From: Nitrospirota bacterium
GTDB taxonomy: Bacteria; Nitrospirota; Thermodesulfovibrionia; Thermodesulfovibrionales; SM23-35
Direction of reading: 5' to 3'
NCBI GenBank assembly: GCA_040756135.1
Contig: JBFLZS010000003.1
Span: 3,412 to 67,411, forward strand
DNA: 64,000 bases
The notes beneath the pieces are model-generated. The model worked only from the letters and a program-made list of their open reading frames with translations, was not told the DNA's origin and did no database searches. Positions within the stretch are counted from its first letter, which is position 1. The number at the start of each line of letters is the position of its first letter. Both the position numbers and the translations under genes were made by a program. This document shows, piece after piece, positions 63,113 through 64,000 of the stretch.

Positions 63113-63517
63113 CTATTTTTCCCTTTTTAAAGAATCGATTTCCTTTTTCATCTCTTTCCATTCTAATGACCTATTAATAGCAATCAGGATCTGTTCTTTA
63201 CGGAAGGGCTTGGTGATATAATCATAGGCGCCTTTATGTATAGCCTCTTCTGCCGATTCTATAGAGCCATATGCGGTAATGATAAGTATGGGGATAGATT
63301 TATCTATCTTTCTAACCTCATCTATGAGTTCTATACCATCCATACCTGGCATCTTGAGATCAGCGATTAGTAAATCGAAAGCCCCTTCTTTAATTAGCTT
63401 TGTCACCTCCAAAGGATTATTAGTGGTTGTTGCCCTGTGATTAGTCTTTTCCGTAATGATCATAGCAAGAAGGGCAAGCATATCCACTTCATCATCCACA
63501 ATTAAAATCTGTGCCAT
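63113..63517 (-). CDS. Single-domain response regulator (receiver)
   Basis: ILIVDDE, DLKMPGMDG, TAYG and KPF. Confidence 0.92.
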   Translation of the reverse strand: MAQILIVDDEVDMLALLAMIITEKTNHRATTTNNPLEVTKLIKEGAFDLLIADLKMPGMDGIELIDEVRKIDKSIPILIITAYGSIESAEEAIHKGAYDYITKPFRKEQILIAINRSLEWKEMKKEIDSLKREK

Positions 63518-63536
63518 TTTACCTCCTCTTCAAATT

Positions 63537-63588
63537 CCCCTCACCTTAATCCTCTCCCCTGAGGGGAGAGGGATGGGTGAGAGGGGTT
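63537..63588. repeat. REP-like palindrome
   Basis: cccctcaccttaatcctctcccctgaggggagagggatgggtgagagggg. Confidence 0.75.
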
Positions 63589-63641
63589 AAATTAAGTTTA
63601 AGTTTGTTCAGAGATTTGTTCACCCCTGTTAGAAAAATTTT

Positions 63642-64000
63642 CTAACCAGGTGAACTTTCCGAAGGAACAACAGGCATAGACACAGTAAAGGTAGTGCCTT
63701 TTCTCTCCCTGTCCTCCTCTTCAGCTACTGTCTCGAAGGTTATTTCTCCACCGTACCTGGTCACTATACCATAACAGACTGAGAGTCCCAATCCTGTCCC
63801 CTCTCCTACCCTTTTCGTAGTGAAAAATGCCTCAAATATCTTGTCTCTGTATTCCCTTTTAATACCATGCCCTGTATCCTTGAAAAGTATCTCTACTCTG
63901 TTACCAGGCTCATTAAGTCTGGTAGTAATAGTCAAAACCCCTCCTTCTTCCATAGCAGCAACAGCGTTGGTGATTAAATTCATGAAGACCTGCTGTAAAT
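63642..64000 (-). CDS. Sensor histidine kinase, C-terminal HATPase domain (runs off the window)
   Basis: NLITNA, DTGHGI, FFTTK and GTGLGL. Confidence 0.92.
   Translation of the reverse strand, partial: LQQVFMNLITNAVAAMEEGGVLTITTRLNEPGNRVEILFKDTGHGIKREYRDKIFEAFFTTKRVGEGTGLGLSVCYGIVTRYGGEITFETVAEEEDRERKGTTFTVSMPVVPSESSPG

Overview
Bacterial chromosomal window of roughly 40% GC. Gene content and order suggest an anaerobe resembling Nitrospirota/Thermodesulfovibrionia, but that assignment is inference only. From left to right it contains: (1) a LysR-centred locus with YedE/YedF sulfur/selenium-transport-type genes, DUF3343, a YjeF-like kinase, an HmcF/HdrD-like Fe-S protein, and a double-cubane-cluster-type reductase with two ATP-dependent activases; (2) LPS heptose genes; (3) a c-di-AMP riboswitch ahead of kup (frameshifted), a USP and a Na+/K+-ATPase-like P-type pump; (4) higBA, cobD, dgkA, a split fumarase, malQ, dapF, lysA and aconitase; (5) four tRNAs and a small islet at tRNA-Glu with a c-di-GMP-I riboswitch and an NHL lipoprotein; (6) trp/aro/phe genes, serS, panD, rsmA, a pilB/gspE ATPase and mreBCD-mrdA; (7) a radical SAM gene, small toxin-antitoxin-like pairs, USPs and a two-component system. 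The most striking unannotated signal is a dense set of small non-autonomous repeats: C-run/G-run palindromes, REP-like hairpins, TIR-bounded shells and 7-mer tandem repeats. These sit between genes, but they also lie in-frame inside about ten housekeeping proteins (giving PPxxPxxKGGxGG and SKFKVQS-like peptides), supply stop codons, nest inside each other, and occupy a riboswitch stem. All calls come from reading the sequence by eye; no database searches were run.
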